A stretch of DNA of 64,000 bases from an uncultured Spirochaetota bacterium (GTDB taxonomy: Bacteria > Spirochaetota > Spirochaetia > SZUA-6 > Fen-1364), in the NCBI GenBank assembly GCA_963781885.1, contig CAWAHW010000006.1, positions 288,001 to 352,000 of the forward strand, given 5' to 3'. Shown piece after piece: positions 19,555-29,261 of this stretch (position 1 is its first letter; each line of letters begins with the position of its first letter). Both the position numbers and the translations under genes were made by a program. The notes beneath the pieces are model-generated. The model was not told the DNA's origin. It saw nothing but the letters and a program-made list of their open reading frames with translations, and did no database searches.

Positions 19555-20304
19555 TCATCTCCCGAGCCTCGCACGGATCAAGCGGATTGCGTCCGCCTTG
19601 CGGATGACGCCTATTTTTGTATAGAGATGCGCGATGTAGGACTCCGCCGTCCGCCGTCCGATGATGAGGGTGGTGCCGATCTCCCTTGCCGATAGGCCGT
19701 CGCACAGCAGCGCGGCCACCTGTGCTTCGCGCTTTGAGAGGGCAGGGAGGCAACTCCGAATATCCTGGCTTGCCGCCCTTTCTCTCTCGGCGAGTTGGTC
19801 CTGTTTCTTGCGCGCGGAAAGCAGATTGTTGATGTGGGGAGCAAGTATTTCAATAATCACTTTTTCGCGCTCACTGAATCCCTTGCCGAAAGGCGATCTT
19901 TGGATCAGCAGAGAACATGGCCCGGAGGGGCGCAGGGAGCTCAGGTCGTAGCCGATGCCGTAAGGCTTCGCGAAGTCCACGTAGAATTCCGAATTGGGAT
20001 AATCGGCCCAGCGCGTATGGCTCAACCCCCGCAGGAACTCCCCGCGCGGTCCGTATAGAATGCTCGGCATTTTGAAGCGGTAGCGTTGGTTGTACATGCT
20101 GACGATGGCTTCGGATACCCCGAAGCCGGTCAATACCCGGAGCGATGAATCAATCAGACCGGCGCCGCAATCGAAAGGAATGATGGCGCCGACCCGGCGG
20201 AGGGCCAAATCGAGAAGGGTCGCCCGATCCTCCGCAGATTCGAGCTCCAGGAGGTAGTCGTTTATTTTCCGCCAGGAGGAGGTATCGAGGGATACGCGGC
20301 CCAT
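19555..20304 (-). CDS. LuxR-family regulator (N-terminal GAF/sensor-like domain, C-terminal HTH)
   Basis: LSKREAQVAALLCDGLSAREIG..L.I..RTAESYIAHLYTKIGV; SEFYVDF sensor motif. Confidence 0.88.
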   Translation of the reverse strand: MGRVSLDTSSWRKINDYLLELESAEDRATLLDLALRRVGAIIPFDCGAGLIDSSLRVLTGFGVSEAIVSMYNQRYRFKMPSILYGPRGEFLRGLSHTRWADYPNSEFYVDFAKPYGIGYDLSSLRPSGPCSLLIQRSPFGKGFSEREKVIIEILAPHINNLLSARKKQDQLAERERAASQDIRSCLPALSKREAQVAALLCDGLSAREIGTTLIIGRRTAESYIAHLYTKIGVIRKADAIRLIRARLGR

Positions 20305-20463
20305 ACGGGAGACAATAGCATGTTTTCGCCAATACGGTAATTTCTACGGGTTTTTTCCTGCCGGCGCCGGGATAGAGTGGCGTATACGGAATAAGACAGG
20401 GGCCGAAGTTATGGAGATCTCCCTGGCAAGCACGATTCCAAGACCATGAAAAAGGAGATACAG

Positions 20464-21591
20464 ATGCAGCCTCTTAGAAACGGACTGATCCTCTTGTCGC
20501 TCTTGACACTCTTCGGATGCCCGACCCCCGGCGGCGGTTCCGATTCCAATCAGACTCAGACCCAAACTCAGACCCAGACCCCGCCGGAGACACTGTATTT
20601 CGCAGGAAATTACAGCGACGGCTCGAAAGCAGTGCCCTGCTACTGGGAAGGAAGCACATTCCACAGTCTGGGCGGCAGCCTCACGGGTTTTGCCTTTTCG
20701 CCTGTCGCCTCCTCAGGTGGTACGGCCTACACGGCCGGCTTCTATATCGACGGCACGAAGAATGTGCCCTGCTACTGGGCAGGAAGCACTCTCAATGTCC
20801 TGAAAGACACGGATGGCGTCACGGCCCTTGCGTATAACGCGTGTGCCTTCGCGATAGCCGTGTCCGGCAGCACGGTCTACACGGCTGGCTATTATAATAA
20901 CGGCTCGAAGGATGTGCCTTGCTACTGGGTGGGAAGCACTCTCACTATCCTGAAAGACTCGGATGGCATCACCCCCCTTACGAACGTCGCTTATGCTTAT
21001 GCGATAGCCCTGTCCGGCAGCACGGTGTATACCGCCGGCTACTATTTTGACGGCTCGAAGATGGTTCCCTGCTACTGGGTGGGGAGCACTCTCAATATCC
21101 TGAAAGACTCGGATGGCATCACCCCCCTTACCCAATTCGCGAATGCTTCGTCAATAGCCCTGTCTGGCGGCACCGTCTACACGGCTGGCTACTATAATGA
21201 CGGCTCCAAGCGTGTGCCTTGCTACTGGGAAGGAAGCACTCTCCACAGTCTGGGCAGCACCGCCCTTACCAGCGACGCTTATACCTTCGCACTAGCGCTA
21301 TCCGGCAGCACGGTCTATACGGCCGGCTGCTATTATGACGGATCGAAGGGAGTGCCCTGTTACTGGGTAGGAAATACTCTCACTATCCTGAAAGACTCTA
21401 CGGGCAGCACGGCCCTTACCAATGACGCGGGGGCCGAGGCACTGACACTGTCCGACGGCACGGTTTACACGGCCGGCTACTATAATGACGGCTCCAAGTC
21501 TGTTCCTTGCTACTGGGAGGGAAGCACCCTCCACAGCCTGGGCGGCAGCCTCACGTATGACGCCGGAATATATTCCGCCGGCGGTGACTAG
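20464..21591 (+). CDS. lipoprotein with seven tandem ~44-50 aa repeats (predicted 7-bladed beta-propeller)
   Basis: SD AAGGAG; lipobox LFGC; QTQTQT linker; repeat VYTAGYYxDGSKxVPCYWxGSTL. Confidence 0.9.
   Translation: MQPLRNGLILLSLLTLFGCPTPGGGSDSNQTQTQTQTQTPPETLYFAGNYSDGSKAVPCYWEGSTFHSLGGSLTGFAFSPVASSGGTAYTAGFYIDGTKNVPCYWAGSTLNVLKDTDGVTALAYNACAFAIAVSGSTVYTAGYYNNGSKDVPCYWVGSTLTILKDSDGITPLTNVAYAYAIALSGSTVYTAGYYFDGSKMVPCYWVGSTLNILKDSDGITPLTQFANASSIALSGGTVYTAGYYNDGSKRVPCYWEGSTLHSLGSTALTSDAYTFALALSGSTVYTAGCYYDGSKGVPCYWVGNTLTILKDSTGSTALTNDAGAEALTLSDGTVYTAGYYNDGSKSVPCYWEGSTLHSLGGSLTYDAGIYSAGGD
20599..21560 (+). repeat. intragenic tandem repeat, ~132-150 bp units
   Basis: Units start near 20599, 20731, 20881, 21031, 21181, 21319 and 21469; exact 36-nt match at 20946-20981 and 21096-21131. 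Confidence 0.9.
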
Positions 21592-21707
21592 AGCGAGAAC
21601 AAGGAAGCCATTCGCTCTCTCTTTTATCGATGAGTTGATCTCGGCCGCGCTCGGCATCGGGCTCCCTCACGGAGAACCCGTCGATCGCGCGGCCGAGCCA
21701 TTAATCC

Positions 21708-22727
21708 CTATTTTGCCGCCGTGGCTGTCGATTTTGCGGCACTCGTGCCGGCGATCACCGCGCGCTTTCTGGATTCGAACAGCCTCTGCAGGACGCAGAA
21801 GACGAACACCAGGAATCCGATCACGATCCGCGTCCACCAGGAGTTCAGCGTGCCCTGAAAGACAACCAGCACCTGGATGATCCCATAGACCAGCACGCCG
21901 AGGAGCGTTCCGAAGATGTTCCCCACGCCTCCGGTCAGCAGGGTGCCGCCGATGACCACTGCCGCGATGGTGTCCAGCTCCATGCCGCTTCCGTTCAGTC
22001 CGTACCCTGAGAGCGTGTAGAATGTGAAAACGATGCCGGCGAGCGCCGCGCAGAACCCGCTCAGGGCATAGATGGCGATCTTGGTGCGTGCGACCGGAAG
22101 TCCCATCAACAAGGCTGACTGCTCGCTGCCGCCGATGGCATAGACGGTCCTGCCGAACTTCGTGTAGCGCGACACGAAGAACCCGACCAAAACCACGACA
22201 ATTGCGATCAGCGCCCCCGGTGAAAGAAAACCCTGGCCGAAAATGCTGACCTGCGCGTGCGCCACCGACTCGAAAAAGGGATTCTGCACCGCGATAGTAA
22301 AGAGGCTGACGATGTAGCACAGGCCGCGCGCCAAGTACAACCCTGCAAGCGTAACGATGAATGGCGGAAGATCGAAGGTCTGGATCAGGTAGCCCATGAA
22401 GAGGCCCATCGCCGTTCCCATGAGGAGCACGATCGGTATCACGAAAAGCGGGCTCATGTGAGCCTTTTCCAGCAGGCTCGCCGAGACCATGCCGGCCAGG
22501 CCGAGCATGGAACCGACGGACAGATCGATTCCGCCCGAGATGATGACAAAAGTCATGCCGACGGCAAGGACCAGGAGATACGCGTTGTCGATGAAGAGGT
22601 TGAGGAAATTCTGAACCGAGAAGAAGCCGCGGAATGCAACCGAGCCCAATCCGAACATGATGATGAACAATCCGAGGGTGACCAGGACGGGCAGGTTCCT
22701 CGAGCCGGCAAAGCGTCTCCTGCTCAT
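21708..22727 (-). CDS. yjfF: sugar ABC permease (galactofuranose YjfF-like)
   Basis: NLFIDNA, GMTFVIISGGIDLSVGS, FGRTVYAIGG, MELDTIAAVVIGGTLLTGG, SWWTRI. Confidence 0.85.
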   Translation of the reverse strand: MSRRRFAGSRNLPVLVTLGLFIIMFGLGSVAFRGFFSVQNFLNLFIDNAYLLVLAVGMTFVIISGGIDLSVGSMLGLAGMVSASLLEKAHMSPLFVIPIVLLMGTAMGLFMGYLIQTFDLPPFIVTLAGLYLARGLCYIVSLFTIAVQNPFFESVAHAQVSIFGQGFLSPGALIAIVVVLVGFFVSRYTKFGRTVYAIGGSEQSALLMGLPVARTKIAIYALSGFCAALAGIVFTFYTLSGYGLNGSGMELDTIAAVVIGGTLLTGGVGNIFGTLLGVLVYGIIQVLVVFQGTLNSWWTRIVIGFLVFVFCVLQRLFESRKRAVIAGTSAAKSTATAAK

Positions 22728-23746
22728 GTCGACAACTCCCTTCTGGCGAACACCCGGACGATCCTGGCCCTGAATCTCGGTGACTGCATCAGGCAGACTG
22801 CCCACACGACAAACGCCTTGACAACCGGGGCTACATCGGAAGGAACGCCGAATGCGTAGATGGTGACCGTGAGTGTCTGGATGATCAAGGCGCCGATGAT
22901 GCTCCCGAACAGGTAGAACTTGCCGCCATTCAGCGATGTGCCGCCCAGCACGACGGCAAGAATGGCGTCAAGCTCGAACAGCTTGCCCGCGTTGTTCCCG
23001 TCGGCGCTCATGACGGTGGAACAGACGATCAGCCCCGCGATACCCGCGCAAAGCCCGCTGAACGTGTAAACCCAGAAGATGATATTCTGGGCGTTGATGC
23101 CCGAGAACCGGGCCGCGGTCGGGTTGATTCCCACTGCCTCGATGAACACGCCGATCGCGGTCCTTCTGGTGAAAATGAAGGTTAAAAGAAGCACAAACGC
23201 CACGATGTAGATGGAAAAGGGAAGGCCCAGCACGTACCCCTGACCCAGGATGGCGAACGGTTTTGCATAGAGCCAGATGATCATTGATTTCGTGAACACC
23301 ATGGCGACCCCGCGGCCCGCCACGAAGAGGATCAGCGTCGCGATGATGGGCTGCATGCGTATCCGCGAGACCAGCATTCCGTTCCACATTCCCGCGAGGG
23401 TGCACACCAGAAGGGCGGCTGCCATGGCCACGAGGATGGGGTACTTGGGAACGCCCTTCAGATCACCGCCGATCAGCAGCGCAACCACGCCGGAGGAGAT
23501 GGCCACGACGGAGCCCACGGATATGTCGATCCCATGCGTTGCGATGACCAGCGTCATCCCAATGGCCAGGAGCATGATGGGGGCGCCGTTCTTCAGGATA
23601 TCGATCAGATCGCCATACAGGTGCCCCTGCTTGATCTCCAGGCGGAAAAAGTGAGGAGTAAAAAACAGGTTGAAGAGCAAGAGGACTCCAAGGGCGACAA
23701 GCGGCCACAGCAGCTTGTTGCGACCCAGGGATTTCAACGGTGTCAT
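22724..23746 (-). CDS. ytfT: sugar ABC permease (YtfT-like)
   Basis: GHLYG.LIDIL, GMTLVIAT.GIDISVG, ADGNNAG..FELDAILAVVLGGT. Confidence 0.85.
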   Translation of the reverse strand: MTPLKSLGRNKLLWPLVALGVLLLFNLFFTPHFFRLEIKQGHLYGDLIDILKNGAPIMLLAIGMTLVIATHGIDISVGSVVAISSGVVALLIGGDLKGVPKYPILVAMAAALLVCTLAGMWNGMLVSRIRMQPIIATLILFVAGRGVAMVFTKSMIIWLYAKPFAILGQGYVLGLPFSIYIVAFVLLLTFIFTRRTAIGVFIEAVGINPTAARFSGINAQNIIFWVYTFSGLCAGIAGLIVCSTVMSADGNNAGKLFELDAILAVVLGGTSLNGGKFYLFGSIIGALIIQTLTVTIYAFGVPSDVAPVVKAFVVWAVCLMQSPRFRARIVRVFARRELST

Positions 23747-23747
23747 T

Positions 23748-25274
23748 CTAGTTCCCTCCCGCGATCGTCCGCATGATGCTGCTTTCGTTCATGTCCTCCC
23801 CGTTCAATTCCGCGATCTTTGCCTTGTCCTTCAGGACCGCGATCCGGCTGCTGCAGCGGACCACTTCTTCGAACTCGGAGGAAATGAAGATGACGCCCAT
23901 CCCCTGTCTGCTCAATGAAAGGATCAACTCCATGATTTCCAGCTTGGCGCCGACGTCAATACCGCGCGTCGGCTCATCCAGGATCAGGATGATCGGATTG
24001 GTGGCAAGCCATCGCGCGAGCATCACCTTCTGCTGGTTGCCGCCGCTCAGCTGGCCGGCCAAGTTGTTCGCGCTCGGGGTTGCGATTGCCAGGGATTTGA
24101 TCAATTCATCGGCTATCTCCAGCTGCTTTCTTGTCGCGATGAATTTGAACACTCCGTTCCTCGCCTGCAGGGCAAGGATGATGTTTTCCCGGACGGTAAG
24201 GTCGGAGAAAATACCCTCACTCTTCCTGTCTTCCGAGCAGAACCCCATCCCCGCCATCATTGCGCTCCGAGGGGAATTGATGGCTGCTTTTTTTCCCTTG
24301 ATCCGGACCTCACCCTGGTTGGCCCCGTCGATCCCGAAAATAAGCCTTGCCATCTCCGTCCTGCCGGAGCCCAGGAGTCCCGCCAGGCCGAGCACCTCGG
24401 CTTCGTCCAGGTTGAGATCGAAGGGCGCGATGGAGCCGCGCAGTCCGAGATTTTTCACGCTGAGCACGTTCTTTACGTCTTTGCCGATAATGACGGACGC
24501 CTTTTTCTGTTGATCGCTTTCCGCGGCATAGCTGAACTCTGACAATTCCTTGCCGAGCATCTTCGCGACCAGGTCCAGCTTCGGGAGGGCTTCAGTCTTG
24601 AACTCCCCAACGAACTCCCCGTTTTTCAGGATCGTGATCCGGTCCGAAATCTGGTAGGTCTGGTCAAGGAAATGGGTGATGAAGATGATGGCCAGCCCCT
24701 GATCCCTCAAGGACCTGATAACCTTGAAGAGCTGCTCCACTTCGCTGTCATCAAGACTGGAGGTCGGTTCGTCCAAGATCAGGATCTTGGAGGAGATATC
24801 CAGAACCCGCGCGATTGCAACGAGCTGTTGAATTGCGATGGAGTACGAGGAGAGGATCTGGGTGACGTCGACGACGATGTTCAGCCGCTGTAGAATTTCT
24901 TCGGACCTCCTGGCCATTTTTTTCCAGTCGATTCTTCCGAAGCGCACGGGCTGTCTGCCCGCAAAGATATTCTCCGCCACCGAAAGATTGGGGCAGAGAT
25001 TGATCTCCTGGTACACCGTGCTGATTCCCAGTTTCTGCGCGGCCAGGGGGGAATCCGGACGGATTGGTTTGCCTCCCAGCAGTATTTCGCCCGAGTCCTG
25101 CGGATGCACTCCGGTGAGAACCTTCACCAAGGTCGATTTTCCGGCCCCGTTCTGGCCCATGATTGCGTGAACCTCGCCCTTGAACAGGCGAAAATCAACC
25201 GAGGAAAGGGCTTTCACGCCCGGAAATGTCTTCGTGATCTTGTTCATCGTCAGGACGGGCATCTCATCTGTCAT
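23748..25274 (-). CDS. ytfR: sugar ABC ATP-binding protein (two NBDs)
   Basis: GQNGAGKST, LDEPTSSL, LSGGNQQKV, LDEPTRGIDVGAK. Confidence 0.88.
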   Translation of the reverse strand: MTDEMPVLTMNKITKTFPGVKALSSVDFRLFKGEVHAIMGQNGAGKSTLVKVLTGVHPQDSGEILLGGKPIRPDSPLAAQKLGISTVYQEINLCPNLSVAENIFAGRQPVRFGRIDWKKMARRSEEILQRLNIVVDVTQILSSYSIAIQQLVAIARVLDISSKILILDEPTSSLDDSEVEQLFKVIRSLRDQGLAIIFITHFLDQTYQISDRITILKNGEFVGEFKTEALPKLDLVAKMLGKELSEFSYAAESDQQKKASVIIGKDVKNVLSVKNLGLRGSIAPFDLNLDEAEVLGLAGLLGSGRTEMARLIFGIDGANQGEVRIKGKKAAINSPRSAMMAGMGFCSEDRKSEGIFSDLTVRENIILALQARNGVFKFIATRKQLEIADELIKSLAIATPSANNLAGQLSGGNQQKVMLARWLATNPIILILDEPTRGIDVGAKLEIMELILSLSRQGMGVIFISSEFEEVVRCSSRIAVLKDKAKIAELNGEDMNESSIMRTIAGGN

Positions 25275-25379
25275 TTCGACGGACTCCTCTTGCGGATATG
25301 ATAAACAGACCGGATCGTTCGTCAACACCCGCCGCGCACCTCGGAACACCCATGGTGGCGGCGAGATGCCTCATGAAAG

Positions 25380-25410
25380 GCAGGACCACTCCACGTGCGA
25401 GTGGTCCTGC
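25380..25410 (-). terminator. intercistronic hairpin after the binding-protein gene (mRNA stabiliser or partial terminator)
   Basis: 12-bp stem GCAGGACCACTC/GAGTGGTCCTGC. Confidence 0.7.
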
Positions 25411-25445
25411 ATCGTTTTTGAAATTAGTCGCCGAGTCGTGAAATA

Positions 25446-26420
25446 CTAGTACTGGCGGGTCGGCAATGCCGCCGCAGCGTTCGTCGCGTCGAACTGGCTT
25501 TCGATCGTCCAAATCCTGGCGGGAAGCTTCTTGCCGTCCCGGAGATCCCTGACAGCCTGCACGGCCTGGGGCCCGAGCAGCGGGTTGCATTCGATCGTGC
25601 AGTTCGCCTCGCCGTTGACGATGGCCTGGAACATGCCCTTCACCCCATCCATGCCGATGATGATGATGTCTTTTCCAGGCTGGAGGCCGGCTTCCTTGAT
25701 TGCCTCGATGGCGCCAAGCGCCATCTGGTCGTTATGCGCGAAGAGCACCTGGATCTTCGGGTCCGCCTTCAGGAAGGCTTCCATGACGGCCTTGCCCTGA
25801 GCGGAGGTGAAGTCACCGTCCTGGGAGTGAGCGATGTTCCAGTTGGGATGATCTTTCGAGATATTCCGGAAGCCCTGGGCCCTTTCAATTGCGGGAGCCG
25901 AGCCTGTGGTCCCTTGGAGCTCCGCGATGTCGATCGGCGTGGTTCCGTCATCGATGCCATTGCTTTTCAGGTATGCGGCAAGCCAGTTTCCGGCTTTCTC
26001 GCCTTCCTTGACAAAATCGGAGCCCATGATGGTCATGCGCAGAGGCTGGTCTGACTTTTGAACGTCCCTGTCGATCATGATCACAGGGATGTGTGCGTTC
26101 TTGGCTTCCTGGAGGACGGGGCCGTACCCGGTTTCGACGAGTGCGGTGAATACGATGCAGTCGACCTTCCGCGCGATGAAGGTGCGGAGGGCCTTGATCT
26201 GGTTCTCCTGCTTCTGCTGCGCGTCGGAATACATGAAGATAAAGCTGTCATCCTGCGCGAACGCGTCCTGAACGGAGTGCGTGTCCGCGGTTCTCCATTC
26301 ACTTTCCGATCCGAGCTGCGCAAAGCCGACGACCCACGTCTTTGGCGCTGCGATCGCGGCCACCGAGACCACCATCATCGCCACGGCGACGAGGGCAAGT
26401 ACTTTTCCCCAACGCTTCAT
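25446..26420 (-). CDS. ytfQ: sugar-binding periplasmic protein (YtfQ-like)
   Basis: VGFAQLGSESEWRTA, SDAQQKQENQIKALR.FI, AHNDQMALGAI, ECNPLLGP. Confidence 0.88.
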   Translation of the reverse strand: MKRWGKVLALVAVAMMVVSVAAIAAPKTWVVGFAQLGSESEWRTADTHSVQDAFAQDDSFIFMYSDAQQKQENQIKALRTFIARKVDCIVFTALVETGYGPVLQEAKNAHIPVIMIDRDVQKSDQPLRMTIMGSDFVKEGEKAGNWLAAYLKSNGIDDGTTPIDIAELQGTTGSAPAIERAQGFRNISKDHPNWNIAHSQDGDFTSAQGKAVMEAFLKADPKIQVLFAHNDQMALGAIEAIKEAGLQPGKDIIIIGMDGVKGMFQAIVNGEANCTIECNPLLGPQAVQAVRDLRDGKKLPARIWTIESQFDATNAAAALPTRQY

Positions 26421-26583
26421 GATGACTCCTCCTTCGAAGGAACTCGTGTCTTTCATGCTACCCTTTTCTTCATCGTTTCAACCGACGAAGAAAACCCCTG
26501 GAACTCATTCCCCGAATCCCGTCAGGTTCTCGACGGGCGTGTGTGCGTCTTTCCTGCTTGCGCTTGCCTCCTTCACTTCAAGT

Positions 26584-27219
26584 TTATTTTTCCTCATTCA
26601 AGTACTTGTAGATCTGCTGGTTGGTGAGCACTTTTTCGACGTCGAAAACGAGCGGCCCTATGACCGTGGTCACCCCTCCGCTTGCGTTCATGAGAGTGAT
26701 GGTGGTGTTGATCGCGATGATCCTCACCTTCCCCTTGATGTCCAGCACGTCGCCGTATTTGATGTCGTTTTCATCCCCGTCGGCGTTCCTGTATATCTGT
26801 CTGCTGGAATATTGCGTGACAACCAGCTTGTCTTTGTATTTCGGATCGGGTTTGCTCGAGGTTCCCTTCGGGAAGCTCACGAGCTTTGGCTTGCCCTTCA
26901 GGATGTCGGTCACCTTCTTGACGAGCTCTCCCGAATCCGGACCGTCGATCTCGTAGACCGCGTTTGGATTCGTGGCCTGGATGACCTCGACCCAATCCCT
27001 GTCCACATTGATCTTGATTTCGCCATTGGCGGGGATGACATCGCCGACCTTCGCGACGGTCCACTGGGCCGTGCCGACCCTCCAGCTTACGTAGCCGTCG
27101 CTCGTCTCCGAATACAGTCCGACAACTTTCAGCGTGCCGGGCTTCGCCTGGGCGGAGGCAAGACCCGCCACCGCGATCAGGAAGAAGAGTACCGCAACCG
27201 CTCGTAGTGTTTTCTGCAT
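26584..27219 (-). CDS. exported hypothetical protein with two FecR-like beta modules
   Basis: Signal peptide MQKTLR...ASA; duplicated K(V/Y)GDV(I/L)...G.(I/V).I pattern; alternative start at 27294 also has an SD. Confidence 0.75.
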   Translation of the reverse strand: MQKTLRAVAVLFFLIAVAGLASAQAKPGTLKVVGLYSETSDGYVSWRVGTAQWTVAKVGDVIPANGEIKINVDRDWVEVIQATNPNAVYEIDGPDSGELVKKVTDILKGKPKLVSFPKGTSSKPDPKYKDKLVVTQYSSRQIYRNADGDENDIKYGDVLDIKGKVRIIAINTTITLMNASGGVTTVIGPLVFDVEKVLTNQQIYKYLNEEK

Positions 27220-27404
27220 GACCCTGCTCCTCTGCTCTCGAGCTCTCATCGTGAAAGAACCTGGGCCGCTTCGCCCCATCAATCGAAGTACCATACCTGT
27301 ATCCTCCTGTATTTAGACTATTCAGCTATTTTGTGCACTTTTCGGGAACGCAAGGGCAAGACTGCCGGCAATGATAGCGGCACACGGGTTGCCGGAGTGA
27401 TATA

Positions 27405-29261
27405 TCAGTACTTGCGGCTGGGGAGGACCGAGCGGGCGACGTCCGCGGGAAAAACGACCTCCGAGGTAACGATTCGGACAGGGAGCTCCTTGCCGGACAT
27501 GAAGTCTTTCACGGCCTTCATGAGCTGCGGGCCCAACAGCGGATTGCATTCCACGGAGCAGTTGAGCTTGCCCGCGATCATTGCCGTAAACGCGTCACGA
27601 ATGCCGTCGACGGAGACGATCGCGACGTCCTTGCCCGGTTTGATGCCTGCCGATTCCATCGCGTCGATCGCCCCGATGGCCATGTCGTCGTTGTGGGCAA
27701 AGAGCACGTCCATTTTCTGACCTTTTGCGGCCAGGTCCTTGAGGATCTTCTGCATGAGCTCTTTCCCCACGCTCCTGACGAAATCGCCGCTCTCCGAAAC
27801 GATGATGCGGTAATTGGGGTGGTCCTTGAGGATCTCCTTGAACCCCGTCGTTCTGTCCAGCTCCGGCGCCGAGCCGATCGTGCCGAGCATCTCCACGATG
27901 TTCACGGGCTTGTCGGTCTTCATGTAGTCGACGAGCCACCGCGCGGCGCGCCGCCCTTCCTCCACGAAATCGGACCCCATCAGGGTCACCCAGAGGGACT
28001 CATCTTTCACGTCGACGGCACGGTCCGTGATGAAAACAGGGATGCCCGCCGCTTTTGCTTCACGCAGGACCGGCTCCCATCCTGATTCGACGATCGGTGA
28101 GAACGCGATAATGTCCACTTTGCGCGCGATGAACGACCTCACAGCCTCGATCTGTTTTGCCGGCTGCCCTCCCGAATCGACGAACACCAGGTCAATGCCC
28201 GCCTGCCGGGCGGCGTTCTTGATGGAATCGGTGTTCGCCACGCGCCAGTTGCTCTCCGCTCCTGTCTGGGCGAAGCCCAGCACGATGCGGTGATCGGGGG
28301 GAAGGCGCGGCGCCGCGGGTGACGCCAGGGCGCCGCTCTCCAGCGCCTCATTGGTAACGAGGGAAGTCCGCAGGATCATCTTCTTCGGGATGCCCTCTTC
28401 ATGGTGAAGGATGTCCATCGCGTAGATGATGGCTTCCTTACCGCCCGTCGGGCACGTGAAGGTGGCGAGAAGGTCCCCCCGCCCCACCATCTCGATGCCG
28501 CCATTGGGTCCCGGCAGACCGTCGATGCCGATGAATCGGATGCCGCGGATGCCCAGTTTCGCCGCCGCGCGCCGCGCCCCGTCGGCCATGGCGTCGTTCT
28601 GCGCGAAGATCACGTCGACGCGGCCGTTCTTCTTCAACCATGCCGTGAGCTCGTCCTCCGCCTTGTCGCGCAGCCAGTCCCCGACGATGGTCCCCACGAT
28701 GGTGATGTTGGGTCGGGAGGCAATCGCCTCGCGGAAGCCGATCCTCCTGTCAAGCACCGGTGGGGATCCGGACCGGCCGAGGATCTCCACGACCTTGCCG
28801 CCCCCGGCCCCGAGGATCTGGGTGACATACTGCCCCGCCTGCTTGCCGACGAGCCGGTTGTCGGGACCGATGAAAAGCGTGTAGTCGAACCCGATCACCG
28901 ACCGGTCGAGGAGGATCACGGGAATGCGATGATACGCCTCCGCGATGACCGGGGAGAGCGCCTCCGAATCGTTGGGAGAGATGATGAGCAGGTCGATGCC
29001 CGAGGCGAGGAGCGTGTGCACGTCCTGGATCTGGCGCGTGCTGGAATCCGCCGCGTCGGTGAAGACGATGCGCAGATTGGGGTGGCGCGACGCCTCCGCA
29101 TTGATCTCGTCCCGCATGCTGATGCGCCACGGCTCGGTGAGATTGGCAAGCGACACGCCGATGACATAGTCGTAGGCCGTCACGTCCTGATCCGACGGCC
29201 GACACGTGGACAGCAGCACGAGGAGGGGGAGCAGGAGGAGGCGGGTCGCGCGCGGTCTCAT
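27405..29261 (-). CDS. lipoprotein with two tandem sugar-binding (RbsB/YtfQ-like) domains
   Basis: Lipobox LSTC; domain 1 (IGVS.ANL.EPWR, FAQNDAMA) and domain 2 (GFAQTGAESNWR, AHNDDMA, ECNPLLGP). Confidence 0.9.
   Translation of the reverse strand: MRPRATRLLLLPLLVLLSTCRPSDQDVTAYDYVIGVSLANLTEPWRISMRDEINAEASRHPNLRIVFTDAADSSTRQIQDVHTLLASGIDLLIISPNDSEALSPVIAEAYHRIPVILLDRSVIGFDYTLFIGPDNRLVGKQAGQYVTQILGAGGGKVVEILGRSGSPPVLDRRIGFREAIASRPNITIVGTIVGDWLRDKAEDELTAWLKKNGRVDVIFAQNDAMADGARRAAAKLGIRGIRFIGIDGLPGPNGGIEMVGRGDLLATFTCPTGGKEAIIYAMDILHHEEGIPKKMILRTSLVTNEALESGALASPAAPRLPPDHRIVLGFAQTGAESNWRVANTDSIKNAARQAGIDLVFVDSGGQPAKQIEAVRSFIARKVDIIAFSPIVESGWEPVLREAKAAGIPVFITDRAVDVKDESLWVTLMGSDFVEEGRRAARWLVDYMKTDKPVNIVEMLGTIGSAPELDRTTGFKEILKDHPNYRIIVSESGDFVRSVGKELMQKILKDLAAKGQKMDVLFAHNDDMAIGAIDAMESAGIKPGKDVAIVSVDGIRDAFTAMIAGKLNCSVECNPLLGPQLMKAVKDFMSGKELPVRIVTSEVVFPADVARSVLPSRKY

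Noticed and set aside
20424-20440. sigma54 promoter upstream of the repeat lipoprotein
   Set aside because: TGGCA is present but there is no correctly spaced TTGC element
20599-21560. Diversity-generating retroelement template/variable repeats
   Set aside because: All repeats are in-frame coding units, differences are not confined to adenines, and no reverse transcriptase is present
10085-21600. Prophage or integrative element
   Set aside because: No integrase, transposase, phage genes, tRNA target or att-like flanking repeats seen
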